A DNA stretch of 64,000 nt from Candidatus Limosilactobacillus excrementigallinarum (GCA_019117445.1 DWZS01000035.1:3188-67187); one strand, 5' to 3'. Counted from the first letter of the stretch, positions 1 through 12,400 are shown. Notes: a model not told the origin generated them from the letters alone. Made by a program: numbers and translations.

Positions 1-1
1 A

Positions 2-358
2 TGTGCTGTTGTTACCCGTTACTTTGGCGGTATCAAGCTGAGCGCTGGCGGTCTGATCCGCGCATACAGCAACGCAACTTCCGAAGCAATCAAACAAGCA
101 GGACTAGTTCAACGCATTCAACAAGCCTTGCTCCAAATTAACGTGCCATATAAATTACATGATCAATTAATTTACTTTCTTAAGGAACAGCAATTAGAAG
201 TTGCTAACGAAGAATACGGTGTAGACGTTCAAACCACCATTTTCGTGGATGAAGCACAGGTTTCAGTAGTGCAAGAACAACTGACCAACCGGTTCAGTGA
301 CCAACTCACAATCCACAAAAATGGCTCCCGGTTTCATGAAATTCCATATCAAATCTAA
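2..358 (+). CDS. YigZ/IMPACT (UPF0029) family protein, C-terminal part. The 5' end lies outside the window.
   Basis: The frame is open from nt 2 (CAVVTRYFGGIKLSAGGLIRAY..., a typical UPF0029 motif) and runs in frame into track ORF 128..358. Confidence 0.7.
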   Translation, partial: CAVVTRYFGGIKLSAGGLIRAYSNATSEAIKQAGLVQRIQQALLQINVPYKLHDQLIYFLKEQQLEVANEEYGVDVQTTIFVDEAQVSVVQEQLTNRFSDQLTIHKNGSRFHEIPYQI

Positions 359-400
359 GAAAACGGCGTATGCAAATTATCGTTTGCATACGCCGTTTAA
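358..400. terminator. Bidirectional rho-independent terminator between convergent genes
   Basis: Perfect 16-bp stem AAACGGCGTATGCAAA (361-376) / TTTGCATACGCCGTTT (383-398) with a 6-nt loop. A/T runs flank both sides. Confidence 0.8.
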
Positions 401-407
401 CTTTATC

Positions 408-692
408 TCAACCAAGTAACTTGGCAATTACATTTAAAATAATCAGGACTAGACACAAAGCCAATAGTAACCGCACAGTGCGTTTTATGTGCCGATCACC
501 ACTTTGAATTTTATCCCAGTGGAGACCGATAAACCCGCCAACGATCGCCAAACAACCAAGAATGCCACAAATTCCAGAGTAAAAGTGATTATGCTGAATG
601 GTAAAGGATGCTAAGAATACTAATCCAATCACAAACACTAGCCCACTCAGTAAAGTTCGTCTATCCACAATTTCTCCAATCTTACTATTCAT
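408..692 (-). CDS. Small hypothetical membrane protein (about 94 aa, three hydrophobic segments)
   Basis: Track ORF 408..719. The likely start is the ATG at 692 (MNSKIGEIV...), which overlaps the kimA stop as ATGAATAG. No family was recognised. Confidence 0.55.
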   Translation of the reverse strand: MNSKIGEIVDRRTLLSGLVFVIGLVFLASFTIQHNHFYSGICGILGCLAIVGGFIGLHWDKIQSGDRHIKRTVRLLLALCLVLIILNVIAKLLG

Positions 693-2523
693 GTAAGTGA
701 TAACTATAAGTTGCCACAACGATATTCTGCCGTGAGTTTAGGACGGTCCGCAAACGCAGACTAGTCTGGTTGTGCAGAATCAATTGCCATGGATGCTTTG
801 GAATAAATTGCGGAACCAGAACTGTCGTAGAATAGTTCCGCGCTTCCGCTCGTTTAGCAATTACATCGACAAATCGTAACGTCGGTGTGGCAATCGACCG
901 GTAGGAGGAATGAATGTCAACAAAACGAACATCTGGATATTCTGCCTTAAACTCATTGGCAGTTTTATGCTCCTTACCAGGGTTCTCATCAAATGAAACG
1001 TGCATGGCAATCACGTAGTCACCAATTGACCGCGCATAGTTAATTGCCCCTCGGGTTACCCGCGTGACGTTCCCAACCAAAACGATGACCGTCGAGCCAT
1101 CATAATCATGAAGCTGGACTGCGGTCTTTTCAGCCACACGGAGCTGTTTACCAACCTTAATGTAGTGACTGTGAATCTTATGGAACATCCACAATAAGCA
1201 AGGCATAATAATCAGGTATGGCCAAACATTTTCGAAGTGTTGCCAGAATAAGGCTGCGACTAGTGAAAGTGAAATTAATGCCCCAACAAAGTTAATACAG
1301 GACTTTCCAATCCACCAACCTTCACGTTCCCGGAACCAGTGAATAATCATCGCAGATTGTGACAAGGTAAACGGTACAAACACCCCAACTGCATAGAGCG
1401 GAATCAGCATGCTGGTTTGTCCGTGGAAAATCAATATCAACACGATGGCGCCAACAGCCAGTGCAATTATCCCGTTAGAATAACCTAGTCGATCTCCCCG
1501 ATCCATAAATGCATGGGGAAGGAACTTATCTTTGGCCATATTATAAGCCAAAATTGGAAAGGCTGAAAAACCGGTGTTGGCTGCTACCGCTAAAATCATC
1601 GCTGTCGATAATTGAAGTAAGTAGAAGCCTAATCCATGACCACCAAAAATTCTTGTCCCAATTTGTGAAAGAACCGTTACTTTCGCATTCGGCACAATTC
1701 CTAAGTAAAAGCCAAAGAAGATAATCGCAATGAAGAAGAACGCTAAGATGGCACTCATGATTGCCAAAGTTGTTGAAGCGTTTTTTTCTTTAGGTTCATT
1801 AAAGTTTGGCACTGCGTTACTTACCGCTTCCACCCCGGTTAGTGAGGAAGAACCAGCTGAAAAGGCCCGGACAAACAACACAAAACTCATCCCAACAACT
1901 GGAGTTCCATAATCTGCGGGTGCGTGATAGGTAATATGACCAGTAGCAATATTTACTGCTCCGACGATCACCATTACAAAGATCATTATGACAAAGAAAT
2001 ATACCGGAACAGTCAGAAAGTTAGCACTCTCGCTCATGCCCCGTAAGTTCATAAACATGATCAAAAGAACGATGATAACCGAAATAGGTACCGAGTATTT
2101 ATATAATGCAGGAATGGCAGACGTAATCGCTTCGGTCCCAGAGGTTGTTGAAACCGCAACGGTTAACATATAGTCAACTAGCAATGATCCACCGGCTACT
2201 AATCCACCATTCTTACCCCAGTTTTTAGTAGCTACAATGTAGGCACCACCACCACTTGGGTATGCATGAATAATCTGTTGGTAAGATAGAGTAATTGCTA
2301 ATAATAGGACCAACACAATCGCCGCAATTGGAATCGAGTACCACATTGCCATCGCGGACAAAGTTACCAGAACCGTTACAATCTGCTCTGGTCCATAAGC
2401 AACTGACGAAATTGCATCAGAAGAAAGCATTGCTAATGCTTTAAACTTTGATAGGTGTGTTTTCCCTTCATCAAGGGTTTTCAAGGGTTTTCCAATTAAC
2501 ACCCGTTTCAAATAACGCCACAT
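685..2523 (-). CDS. kimA: KimA-type K+/H+ symporter (APC-superfamily permease with a cytoplasmic C-terminal domain)
   Basis: 612 aa. The N-terminus LIGKPLKT..KALAMLSSDAISSVAYGPEQI and a soluble tail of about 150 aa are typical of KimA/YdaO-like transporters. RBS is GAGGAG, 8 nt before the ATG. Confidence 0.75.
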   Translation of the reverse strand: MWRYLKRVLIGKPLKTLDEGKTHLSKFKALAMLSSDAISSVAYGPEQIVTVLVTLSAMAMWYSIPIAAIVLVLLLAITLSYQQIIHAYPSGGGAYIVATKNWGKNGGLVAGGSLLVDYMLTVAVSTTSGTEAITSAIPALYKYSVPISVIIVLLIMFMNLRGMSESANFLTVPVYFFVIMIFVMVIVGAVNIATGHITYHAPADYGTPVVGMSFVLFVRAFSAGSSSLTGVEAVSNAVPNFNEPKEKNASTTLAIMSAILAFFFIAIIFFGFYLGIVPNAKVTVLSQIGTRIFGGHGLGFYLLQLSTAMILAVAANTGFSAFPILAYNMAKDKFLPHAFMDRGDRLGYSNGIIALAVGAIVLILIFHGQTSMLIPLYAVGVFVPFTLSQSAMIIHWFREREGWWIGKSCINFVGALISLSLVAALFWQHFENVWPYLIIMPCLLWMFHKIHSHYIKVGKQLRVAEKTAVQLHDYDGSTVIVLVGNVTRVTRGAINYARSIGDYVIAMHVSFDENPGKEHKTANEFKAEYPDVRFVDIHSSYRSIATPTLRFVDVIAKRAEARNYSTTVLVPQFIPKHPWQLILHNQTSLRLRTVLNSRQNIVVATYSYHLHE

Positions 2524-2613
2524 AAATTATTCTCCTCAAATGTAATAAATCAATGGCTATTCTACTCCACTCGCTTCGTGAATTGCTACCATTTTTGTGA
2601 AATAATCTAAATA

Positions 2614-3483
2614 TTAATTGCTTGCCTTTGAATCTGGAAGCGATTGAAAAATAGTTGCTAAAATAATCAAGCCACTACCAACCCAATCTGCTAGACCGAA
2701 TGGTGTTGATAGGAAGGCTACTGCTAAAATCGTTGCTATCAATGGCTCAAAAGCCGCTAACATTCCAGTAGTACTAGGTAGGATGTACTTCACGCTTCCT
2801 AAAAAAAGGGTATACGCGAACAATGTTCCAAAAATAATAATAAAGAAAATCATACCAACATCACTTCTTGATAATTTAGGGGCAGGAAGTCGCCAATACA
2901 ACGGTAAAAAAGCCAAGCCAGAAATTAACATAGACCAGCCCACTACGTTGATGGTGCCATACTTTTTAAATAAGTCTCGTGGCATAATTGTATTAACCGC
3001 TTCCGAAATTGCCGCTAATAATCCCCATAAACAAGCTAACGGTGATAAAGCTAAATGATCGATATGACCACCCGTCACCAATAAGAACGTTCCAAGCAAG
3101 GCAACCACAATGGAAATAACATCAATTCGTCGAGGAAGCGTCTTAGTTCTAATTGCTAGATAACTAATAATAAATACCGGTCCCAAAAATTGAATGACAG
3201 TCGCAGTTGGTGCATTACTGTATTTGACTGCAACAAAGTATGATAACTGTGATGCACACATGCCAACAAAAGAAAACAAAATTAAGTAACCAACCCGGGA
3301 CCAACTGCTTAATAACGCTTTAACTTTAGCAAAGTTCTTCATGACTGAGTAAACAACAAGAAGTAACCCTGCTCCCAGTAATCGCAATCCAACTAGCCAA
3401 TACTCATTGATTGTTGGATTATCAAACAGATATTGGACAGCAGCCCCCGAGGCACCCCATAAGATGGCACCACTAATGGCCAT
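2614..3483 (-). CDS. EamA/DMT-family transporter
   Basis: 289-aa polytopic membrane protein with a duplicated EamA-like architecture. The true start may be a non-ATG codon a few codons upstream, after GGAGGAG at about 3520. Confidence 0.75.
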   Translation of the reverse strand: MAISGAILWGASGAAVQYLFDNPTINEYWLVGLRLLGAGLLLVVYSVMKNFAKVKALLSSWSRVGYLILFSFVGMCASQLSYFVAVKYSNAPTATVIQFLGPVFIISYLAIRTKTLPRRIDVISIVVALLGTFLLVTGGHIDHLALSPLACLWGLLAAISEAVNTIMPRDLFKKYGTINVVGWSMLISGLAFLPLYWRLPAPKLSRSDVGMIFFIIIFGTLFAYTLFLGSVKYILPSTTGMLAAFEPLIATILAVAFLSTPFGLADWVGSGLIILATIFQSLPDSKASN

Positions 3484-3582
3484 CGTAATTCCAATCCGCC
3501 GTGAACTAATAATATCTCCTCCAATAGTTAATTACTGGTTTCAAAGTTATCATATTCCAATATAAAACCCAACCCCCATAAC

Positions 3583-3616
3583 AAAAAAAGCCCTAGGCAC
3601 ACTTCACCTAGAGCTT
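3583..3616 (-). terminator. groEL terminator
   Basis: Minus strand reads AAGCTCTAGG-N9-CCTAGGGCTT followed by TTTTTTTG. The single non-Watson-Crick pair is U.G on the minus strand and C.A on the plus strand. Confidence 0.8.
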
Positions 3617-3634
3617 TCGTTAATCAATATTAAA

Positions 3635-5275
<1,641 letters not shown>

Positions 5276-5311
5276 TCACCTCATTATAAGAAAAGTTAAT
5301 TTGTTAATGAA

Positions 5312-5596
5312 TTAATCAACAACCGCAACTAAGTCCTTGTCATGAACAACTAAGTACTTATCGCCTTGGTATTCAACTTCATTACCAGCGTACTTATCAA
5401 AGAGGACCGTTTCGCCAACCTTAACACTAACTGGCACCTTTGTCCCATTATCAAGAACTCGACCATCGCCAACAGCGATAACTTCACCAGTAGTTGGCTT
5501 ATCCTTAGCGTTGGAAGCTAAAACAATCCCTCCAACAGTTTCTTCTTTTTCCTCTGCGGCCTTCAGAACTACGCGATCTCCTAATGGCTTTAACAC
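5312..5596 (-). CDS. groES: Co-chaperonin GroES
   Basis: Start refined to the GTG at 5596 ([13 protein letters not shown]...) with GGAGGG 6 nt upstream. The track ATG at 5617 has no RBS. Confidence 0.93.
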   Translation of the reverse strand: MLKPLGDRVVLKAAEEKEETVGGIVLASNAKDKPTTGEVIAVGDGRVLDNGTKVPVSVKVGETVLFDKYAGNEVEYQGDKYLVVHDKDLVAVVD

Positions 5597-5633
5597 GTTA
5601 ATCCCTCCAAATATCATTAATTTCTGTAATCAT

Positions 5634-5660
5634 TTAGCACTATTTAGTAGTGAGTGTTAG
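5634..5660. promoter_or_regulatory. Second, degenerate CIRCE-like element overlapping the first by 4 nt
   Basis: TTAGCACTA-TTTAGTAGT-GAGTGTTAG. The right arm carries 2 mismatches. Confidence 0.5.
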
Positions 5661-5683
5661 CACTTAAACGTCTTAAGTGCTAA
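5657..5683. promoter_or_regulatory. CIRCE operator (HrcA binding site), perfect
   Basis: TTAGCACTT-AAACGTCTT-AAGTGCTAA has 9-bp perfect arms and a 9-nt spacer. It matches the consensus TTAGCACTC-N9-GAGTGCTAA and lies just downstream of the groES -10. Confidence 0.9.
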
Positions 5684-5694
5684 CCACATTTATT

Positions 5695-5722
5695 AGTATA
5701 ACATCATCTTGCCTAATTACAA
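5695..5722 (-). promoter_or_regulatory. groESL sigma-A promoter
   Basis: Minus strand reads TTGTAA (5722-5717), 16 nt, TGtTATACT (-10 at 5700-5695). Confidence 0.65.
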
Positions 5723-5764
5723 CTAAAAAGTTTGACCTTTTTTGACTAATTCAACTTAAATTAG

Positions 5765-5790
5765 CAAAAAATCCGGGCAACGCCCGGCAA
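5765..5790 (-). terminator. rex terminator
   Basis: Minus strand reads CCGGGCGTTGCCCGG followed by ATTTTTTG, directly after the rex stop. Confidence 0.7.
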
Positions 5791-5798
5791 TTCTTATT

Positions 5799-6446
5799 TT
5801 ATTCATCTTGTCCATTAAGATGATTACTTTCAATAAAGTAAATTAATGTTTGGAGTTCGTTCGTTAAGTCAATATTTTGAACTTGCACATTATCCGGCAC
5901 TGACAAACGAACTGGCGAGAAGTTTAAAATTCCGTGAACGCCAACTTCAACTAAATCATCCGTGACTGATTGCGCTTGGGATGCTGGAACTGTCAAAATC
6001 ACTACATCAATCTGTTGTTCCTTAATCTGCTTTTTCAGTTCGTTAGCTGGGTAAACCGGAATACCACTCTTGATGGTGTTGGCTAAGGCTGGCTTAGGGT
6101 CAAAAGCAGCACTTATCCGCAAATTAGTGCTTTGGTGGAAGTTGTAGTTCATTAAAGCACTTCCTAAACTACCGACCCCAACTAGCGCTACACTTGTGAG
6201 CTTATCCTGGTTCAAAATTCCTTTAAAAAACTTAATAAGACTCTCAACATCATATCCATATCCACGTTTTCCCAACTCGCCAAAGTATGAGAAATCACGC
6301 CGGATAGTTGCTGAGTCAACTTGAACCGCCTCTGAAAGTTCCGTTGATGATACTCGACGTTTATTAGCATTTAGCAAAGCATTTAGGTACCGATAGTATA
6401 CTGGTAAACGCTTGGCTGTTGCCCGCGGGATTTTACGCGTTGGCAT
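5799..6446 (-). CDS. rex: Redox-sensing transcriptional repressor Rex
   Basis: [16 protein letters not shown] wHTH plus a Rossmann GVGSLGSAL motif. Start moved to the ATG at 6446 (GGAGG 9 nt upstream). The track start at 6452 is a TTG 3 nt after the RBS. Confidence 0.92.
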   Translation of the reverse strand: MPTRKIPRATAKRLPVYYRYLNALLNANKRRVSSTELSEAVQVDSATIRRDFSYFGELGKRGYGYDVESLIKFFKGILNQDKLTSVALVGVGSLGSALMNYNFHQSTNLRISAAFDPKPALANTIKSGIPVYPANELKKQIKEQQIDVVILTVPASQAQSVTDDLVEVGVHGILNFSPVRLSVPDNVQVQNIDLTNELQTLIYFIESNHLNGQDE

Positions 6447-6519
6447 AACCAAATTCCTCCATTCAATTTAAAACGTTTGTGAATTAACCTACTTGATATT
6501 CTAGCAACTTATTCTAACT

Positions 6520-6537
6520 TTGTGAACCTTTTTGCAA
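6520..6537. promoter_or_regulatory. Rex-box-like operator in the rex / ABC-F divergent intergenic region
   Basis: TTGTGAA-CCTT-TTTGCAA against the consensus TTGTGAA-N4-TTCACAA (2 mismatches). A further TTGTGAA half-site lies at 6477-6483. Confidence 0.45.
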
Positions 6538-6623
6538 GAAAAGATCCATTTAGTAGTTACTGCTTTTTTATGCTAAAATCGTTTTAGAATACTATTAATA
6601 CTGAAATTAAACGAGGTTACGGA

Positions 6624-8561
6624 ATGATATTACTCCAAGCAAACCATGTCGAACGTCGCTTCGGTGCTGACGTTTTATTTCACAATGTCAATATGCAAAT
6701 TAACGAGCATAGTCGAACTGCCCTCGTGGGTAGAAACGGTGCCGGTAAAACCACCCTGCTAAAAATGATTGCCGGCATTACAGAGCCAGATGAAGGAACA
6801 ATTTCAAAAGCCCATCACCTTACCATTGGGTACTTAGCTCAAGACCAGGGATTGGATTCACAAAACACAATTTGGGCTGAATTAGATTCGGTTTTCACGC
6901 CATTACATAAAATGGAGGCTGAAATTCACCAACTGGAGGAACAATTAGCGACATTGGATAGTACTACTGATCGATACCAGCACGCTATCCAGCAATATGA
7001 CGACTTCCAAACCACCTTTAAAGAGCGTGGTGGTTTTGAATATGCATCTAAAATGCGGGGTGTGCTAACTGGGTTTGGTTTTGATTCCTCAATGTATGAG
7101 CTCCCCATCAACTCACTCTCCGGAGGGCAAAAAACTAAGCTGGCCCTTGCCAAGATTCTTTTACAAGCACCTGACCTGTTAATCTTAGATGAACCAACGA
7201 ACCATTTAGATATGAATGTTTTGAGCTGGCTAGAAGACTACCTCCGCGGATATGCTGGTTCTGTGCTGGTAGTTTCGCACGACCGTTACTTTCTCGATCG
7301 CGTGGTTAACCAAGTCTACGATTTAGAAAATCAAACTCTAACTCGTTATTCTGGTAACTATTCACAATTTACTAAAGAAAAGACGGCCCGCGTCCAAGCT
7401 GAACAAAAACACTATGATCAGCAACAAAAAGAGATTGCAAAGCTGGAAGACTTTGTTAATAAAAATCTTGTGCGCGCTTCCACCACTAAACGTGCCCAAG
7501 CGCGACAAAAACAGCTAGATAAAATGGAACGGCTAGAACGTCCAACTGTTGATGACCGTTCAATCCACTTTGCGTTTCACTCCGCTAAGGACAGTGGGAA
7601 TGAAGTCTTAGACGTTCAAGAGCTCAAAGTTGGTTATCAAGAGCACGTCCTCGCTGGTCCATTAAGCTTTCAAGAACGACGGAAACAACGGATTGGCATT
7701 ATTGGACCAAACGGAATTGGTAAATCCACCCTTCTCAAAACTATTTTGCACAAACTCCCAGCAATTAGCGGCACTATTAAACTAGGCGCTAACCTTGATA
7801 TCGGTTACTACGACCAAGAGCAGCAACAACTGCATCCTAATAAAACAGTATTAGATGAAGTCTGGGATGATCACCCAGAAGTTCCAGAAACGGAAATCCG
7901 TTCCCTGTTAGGAAGCTTCTTGTTTGTTGGAGATGATGTTTTTAAAACCGTTCATGAGTTAAGTGGTGGGCAGAAGGCTCGGTTAGAGTTAACCAAACTC
8001 TCATTTCAGCCAATTAACTTCTTAATTCTCGATGAACCAACCAACCACTTAGATATCGACAGTCGGGAAGTTCTTGAAACTGCCATTAACGAATTTTCGG
8101 GAACCGTTCTCTTTGTATCTCATGATCGTTACTTTTTAAACCAAGTAGCAACTGACATTTTAGATATGTCCGCAACGGGAATTCAACATTACTCAGGAAA
8201 TTACGATAGTTTTCTTGAACAAACAGCAAAATTGGTCGACCCAGTGAACGTTCCTCAAAAAGCTGCAACTAAAAAGCATTCCTCAAAATCTACGGGTCAA
8301 CAAAACTATCAAGCTAGCAAGCAAGAGCAACGTGCCCGTCGTAAATTGGAACGGGAGGTTTCAAAATGGGAAACCACGTTGGATCAACTGCAAACGCAGC
8401 ACGATCAAATCGAGCAACAAATGAGTGATCCTGAAATTGCCACCGACATTGCAAAGCTAAGTGATTTGCAAAAAGAACTTGATCAATGCCAGGCTGAAAT
8501 GGATCAAGCTGAGGAAAATTGGACAAGTGCAGCTGAACAACTCGAAGAATTTAATCAATAA
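6624..8561 (+). CDS. ABC-F family ATPase (YdiF/Uup-like; two ABC domains, no TMD, C-terminal coiled coil)
   Basis: 645 aa. Two Walker A motifs (GRNGAGKTT, GPNGIGKST), two LSGGQ signatures and a long Q/E-rich linker and tail. It occupies the position of Bacillus ydiF. Confidence 0.88.
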   Translation: MILLQANHVERRFGADVLFHNVNMQINEHSRTALVGRNGAGKTTLLKMIAGITEPDEGTISKAHHLTIGYLAQDQGLDSQNTIWAELDSVFTPLHKMEAEIHQLEEQLATLDSTTDRYQHAIQQYDDFQTTFKERGGFEYASKMRGVLTGFGFDSSMYELPINSLSGGQKTKLALAKILLQAPDLLILDEPTNHLDMNVLSWLEDYLRGYAGSVLVVSHDRYFLDRVVNQVYDLENQTLTRYSGNYSQFTKEKTARVQAEQKHYDQQQKEIAKLEDFVNKNLVRASTTKRAQARQKQLDKMERLERPTVDDRSIHFAFHSAKDSGNEVLDVQELKVGYQEHVLAGPLSFQERRKQRIGIIGPNGIGKSTLLKTILHKLPAISGTIKLGANLDIGYYDQEQQQLHPNKTVLDEVWDDHPEVPETEIRSLLGSFLFVGDDVFKTVHELSGGQKARLELTKLSFQPINFLILDEPTNHLDIDSREVLETAINEFSGTVLFVSHDRYFLNQVATDILDMSATGIQHYSGNYDSFLEQTAKLVDPVNVPQKAATKKHSSKSTGQQNYQASKQEQRARRKLEREVSKWETTLDQLQTQHDQIEQQMSDPEIATDIAKLSDLQKELDQCQAEMDQAEENWTSAAEQLEEFNQ

Positions 8562-8576
8562 TTATCCATCTAAAGA

Positions 8577-8616
8577 AACGGCCCAGAGTGCTGAAAGCGC
8601 CTCTGAGCCGTTTTTT
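8577..8616. terminator. Terminator between convergent ABC-F and birA
   Basis: AACGGCCCAGAG-N12-CTCTGAGCCGTT followed by TTTTTT on the plus strand. Confidence 0.75.
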
Positions 8617-8631
8617 ACATGCCAAATTAAA

Positions 8632-9390
8632 TTAATAATTAACCTTCACTACTTCACCCGCACTAATAACTTTCGTTCCAGATGGTTGTTGAACAATCAA
8701 TTCGCCATCTTTAGCAATTCCCTTAACAACTCCTTTAACTGTACCACCCGCTAATTGTAAGGTAACCTCACGGTTCATTAAAATCAAACGTTGCTGATAC
8801 TCACCAATAAATTGTTTTTTAAGGTAGACTAACTTAGTTTGCCAAACTGCCTTGATTATGTCAGCCGCCAATCTGTTCCGATCTACTTCCTGCTGCGCAA
8901 TACTGCCAGCTTTTGCTTGGAGCTGTGCAGGAAATTTAGCTGTCGTTAAGTTAATTCCCAAACCAACAATCCATTTGGCTGACTGGCCTTCCAGAATTGA
9001 TTCCACCAAGATTCCTGCCACTTTTTTCTTGTTCAGTAAAATATCATTAACCCATTTCACCATAAACCTTTTCGTCGGGTAAAATTTTTCTAATACCTGA
9101 GTAATCGCTACCGCTAAGCTGGTTGTAAAGAGACCAGCATGCGATAATTCAGCAGTGGAAATTTGTGGTAATAAAACACTTAAATACAATCCAGAGTTTT
9201 GTGGTGAATAAAATGACCGTTTGCCCTTTCCATAACCAGTCGTCTGTGTTTCTGCAAGGATTGCTGTTGGACGCTGGCCATGAAGACGTTTGGCAACATT
9301 TTGCGTCGAATCAACTTGGTCTTTAACATAAACATTTCCCGGGAAATCATCTCCCAAAAATTGCTTAATTACTTCTTCTTCGAGTTTCAT
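8632..9390 (-). CDS. birA: Biotin--[acetyl-CoA-carboxylase] ligase, group I (no N-terminal HTH)
   Basis: GYGKGKRSFYSPQNSGLYLSV and KWVNDILLNKKKVAGIL motifs. Start refined to the ATG at 9390 (AAGGAAGGGAAA upstream), giving about 252 aa. Confidence 0.85.
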   Translation of the reverse strand: MKLEEEVIKQFLGDDFPGNVYVKDQVDSTQNVAKRLHGQRPTAILAETQTTGYGKGKRSFYSPQNSGLYLSVLLPQISTAELSHAGLFTTSLAVAITQVLEKFYPTKRFMVKWVNDILLNKKKVAGILVESILEGQSAKWIVGLGINLTTAKFPAQLQAKAGSIAQQEVDRNRLAADIIKAVWQTKLVYLKKQFIGEYQQRLILMNREVTLQLAGGTVKGVVKGIAKDGELIVQQPSGTKVISAGEVVKVNY

Positions 9391-9467
9391 TTTCCCTTCC
9401 TTATTGTTATAAAACAATAAAACCCCATGCCCCCTTCGAAAGAGCAATGGAGTTTTTTGTTTAAAAA

Positions 9468-12400
9468 CTATTTTTCGTCTGGGGTAAGTTGAATTAGCAA
9501 GTCTTGACTATCCATGACTGCCCCTTCACTAGCATAAATTTTGGCCACTTGACCACTAAACGATGCCTTAATCGTGGTTTCCATCTTCATTGCCTCAGTC
9601 ACAATCAATGAATCACCTTTTTGAACATGATCGCCTTCCTTAACGAGAATTTCGACCACTGTTCCGTTTAATGGCATCCCAATCTGTCCTGGATCACTCG
9701 GATCAGCCTTTGGAACCTTAACTTTGGCATCCGCATGTGTTTGATCTTCAACTGGCAATTCAACCTGCTCACCATCAACTGCAAAGAAGAGGTGCCGGTT
9801 ACCATCAACATCGACATCTGAAATGGAGTCTAAGCGAAGGATTTCGGTCTTCCCTGGTGCTAAGTGCACGTGAACCGTTTCGCCCGGCCGCATCCCTTGA
9901 TAGAACGTATTCGTATCTAATACACTGATCTTTCCATACTGCTGGTGTCGCTTGAAGTAATCCATAAAGACATCCGGATAAAGAACGTAGGATAATACCT
10001 CTTCTTCACTCGGCTGTCGACCAATCTTCTGGGCTAAATCAGCAGATTCCTTAGTAAAGTCAACTGGCTTTGCTAAACTCCCTGGACGCACTGTAATTGC
10101 TGTTTGACCCTTTAAGACAACCTTTTGTAATTCCTTTGGGAAGCCCCCATAAGGTTGACCTAGATCACCAGCAAAGAAGTTCACTACCGATTCAGGAAAG
10201 TCAAGGGTCGCGCCCCGTTCCAGAATATTGTCGGCCGTCAAATTATTTTGAATCATGAAAATAGCGAGATCACCAACTACCTTGGAACTTGGGGTCACTT
10301 TAACGATATCCCCAAGGAGCTGGTTAACTACTCGGTACATTCGTTTAACCTGTTCAAAGTCGTCAATTCCGAGTGATTTGGCTTGCTGTTGCAGGTTGGA
10401 ATACTGTCCACCCGGCATTTCAGTTTCATAAATATCTGGTAATGGCGCATCAATCCCGTTGGCAAAGTCCTTATACAGTGGCCGGATTCCAGCCCAATAT
10501 TGGTTAATCTTTTCAACATGATCAATATTCAATTCGGGTTGCCGATCATTTCCTTCCAAGCTGTAGTAAAAACTACTCATACTTGGCTGACTCGTAGTAC
10601 TAGACAGAGCACTCATTGCAACATCAACTACATCGACACCAGCCCGGGTAGCTTGATCATAAGTAGCAACCCCATTCCCAGTTGTATCGTGCGTGTGCAA
10701 ATGAACTGGTACATCATACTTAGCCTTTAGTTCGCCAACTAATTCGTAAGCTGCATCTGGCTTGAGCAAACCTGCCATGTCTTTGATGCCCAAGATTTGG
10801 GCACCCGCATCAACCAACTGGCACGCTAATTGCTTGTAGTAATCCAGCGTATACTTCGTTTCATGAGGACTTAATAAATCGCCCGTGTAACACATGGTCC
10901 CTTCAGCAATCTTACCGGTCTGCCGAACATAGTCAATACTCTTTTGCATTTGCTCAACCCAGTTCAAACTATCGAAAATTCTGAAGACATCGACGCCATC
11001 TTCCGCACTACGGTCAATGAATTTCTTTAAAACATTGTCTGGGTAGTTCTTATAACCAACTGCATTCGACCCCCGCAAAAGCATTTGCAACATTGTATGT
11101 GGCATTCGTTGACGCAGCATCTTTAGCCGTTTCCAAGGATCTTCCCCAAGGAACCGGTACGCAACATCAAAAGTTGCACCGCCCCAAGTTTCTGCAGAAA
11201 AGACGTTTGGCAATGCCCGGTCGTACACGTCTGCCACCGGCAGCATGTCATGGGTTCGCATTCGGGTAGCAAAGAGGCTTTGATGAGCATCCCGCATTGA
11301 GGTATCAGTTAACAATACCAATTTTTGGTTTTTAACCCATTCAATGGCAGCAGCTGCCCCGTCACGATCAAGAATCGTTTTGGCATTCACGATCGGCAAC
11401 AAACTATCATCATTAAGGTCAAGTCCATGTAACTTAACGTTGGCTGCATGGACCTGTTTTTGCCGTTGAACACCATTAAATCCATTGACCGTAACATCAC
11501 CAACATAATTAAGTAATTGCTGTTGGGTATCTGGCTGATGATCGAATTTAAATAACGATGGTGTTTGATCAATAAATGCGGTGTGGGCTTCTCCCTTTTG
11601 GAAGACCGGGTTCTTCAACACATTCAACATAAATGGAATGTTCGTCTTAACCCCACGAATCTGAAATTCATTCAGAACCCGGATCATCTTTTCTACGGTG
11701 TTATGGAAAGTTCGGGCATGAACACATGCTTTAACCAACAGTGAATCAAAGTATGGCGTCACAACAGCACCAGCATAGGTATTTCCACCATCAAGCCGTA
11801 CTCCATTACCACCTGGAGAACGGTAAGTTAAGATTCGTCCTGTGTCTGGCATGAAATTATTTTCTGGATCTTCAGTAGTAACCCGACATTGGATCGCATA
11901 GCCGTTCATCGTTAACTCATCCTGTGCTGGTAAATGCAGATCTTGATGGAGATCTGCACCAGCCGCGATACGAATTTGGGAACGAACAATATCAACCCCC
12001 GTGATTAATTCAGTGACGGTGTGTTCAACCTGAATTCGAGGGTTAACTTCAATGAAGTAAAAGTTATCCTTAGTAACCAGGAATTCTACGGTCCCGGCGT
12101 TTTGATAGTGAACACCCTTCATTAGGCGAACCGCAGCATCGCAAATTTCTTTACGCCGCTGGTTATCCAACGCCAAACTAGGTGCAAATTCAATTACCTT
12201 TTGATTTCGCCGCTGAACTGAACAATCCCGTTCAAAGAGGTGCATCACATGACCATGTTCATCGGCCAAAATTTGTACTTCGATGTGCTTAGGATTTTCC
12301 AAGTATTTTTCAACATAAAGTTCATCATCACCAAATGACGCTTTGGCTTCACTGCGTGCTCGATTGTAAGCCGTCTTTAGATCTTCATCATCCTTAACAA

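Noticed and set aside
2524-2613. Looked for a c-di-AMP (ydaO/kimA) riboswitch upstream of kimA, as in B. subtilis.
   Set aside because: Only about 90 nt are available between kimA and the upstream gene. No pseudo-two-fold ACGGGGA/CCCA-type motifs are visible, and the space is too short for that riboswitch.
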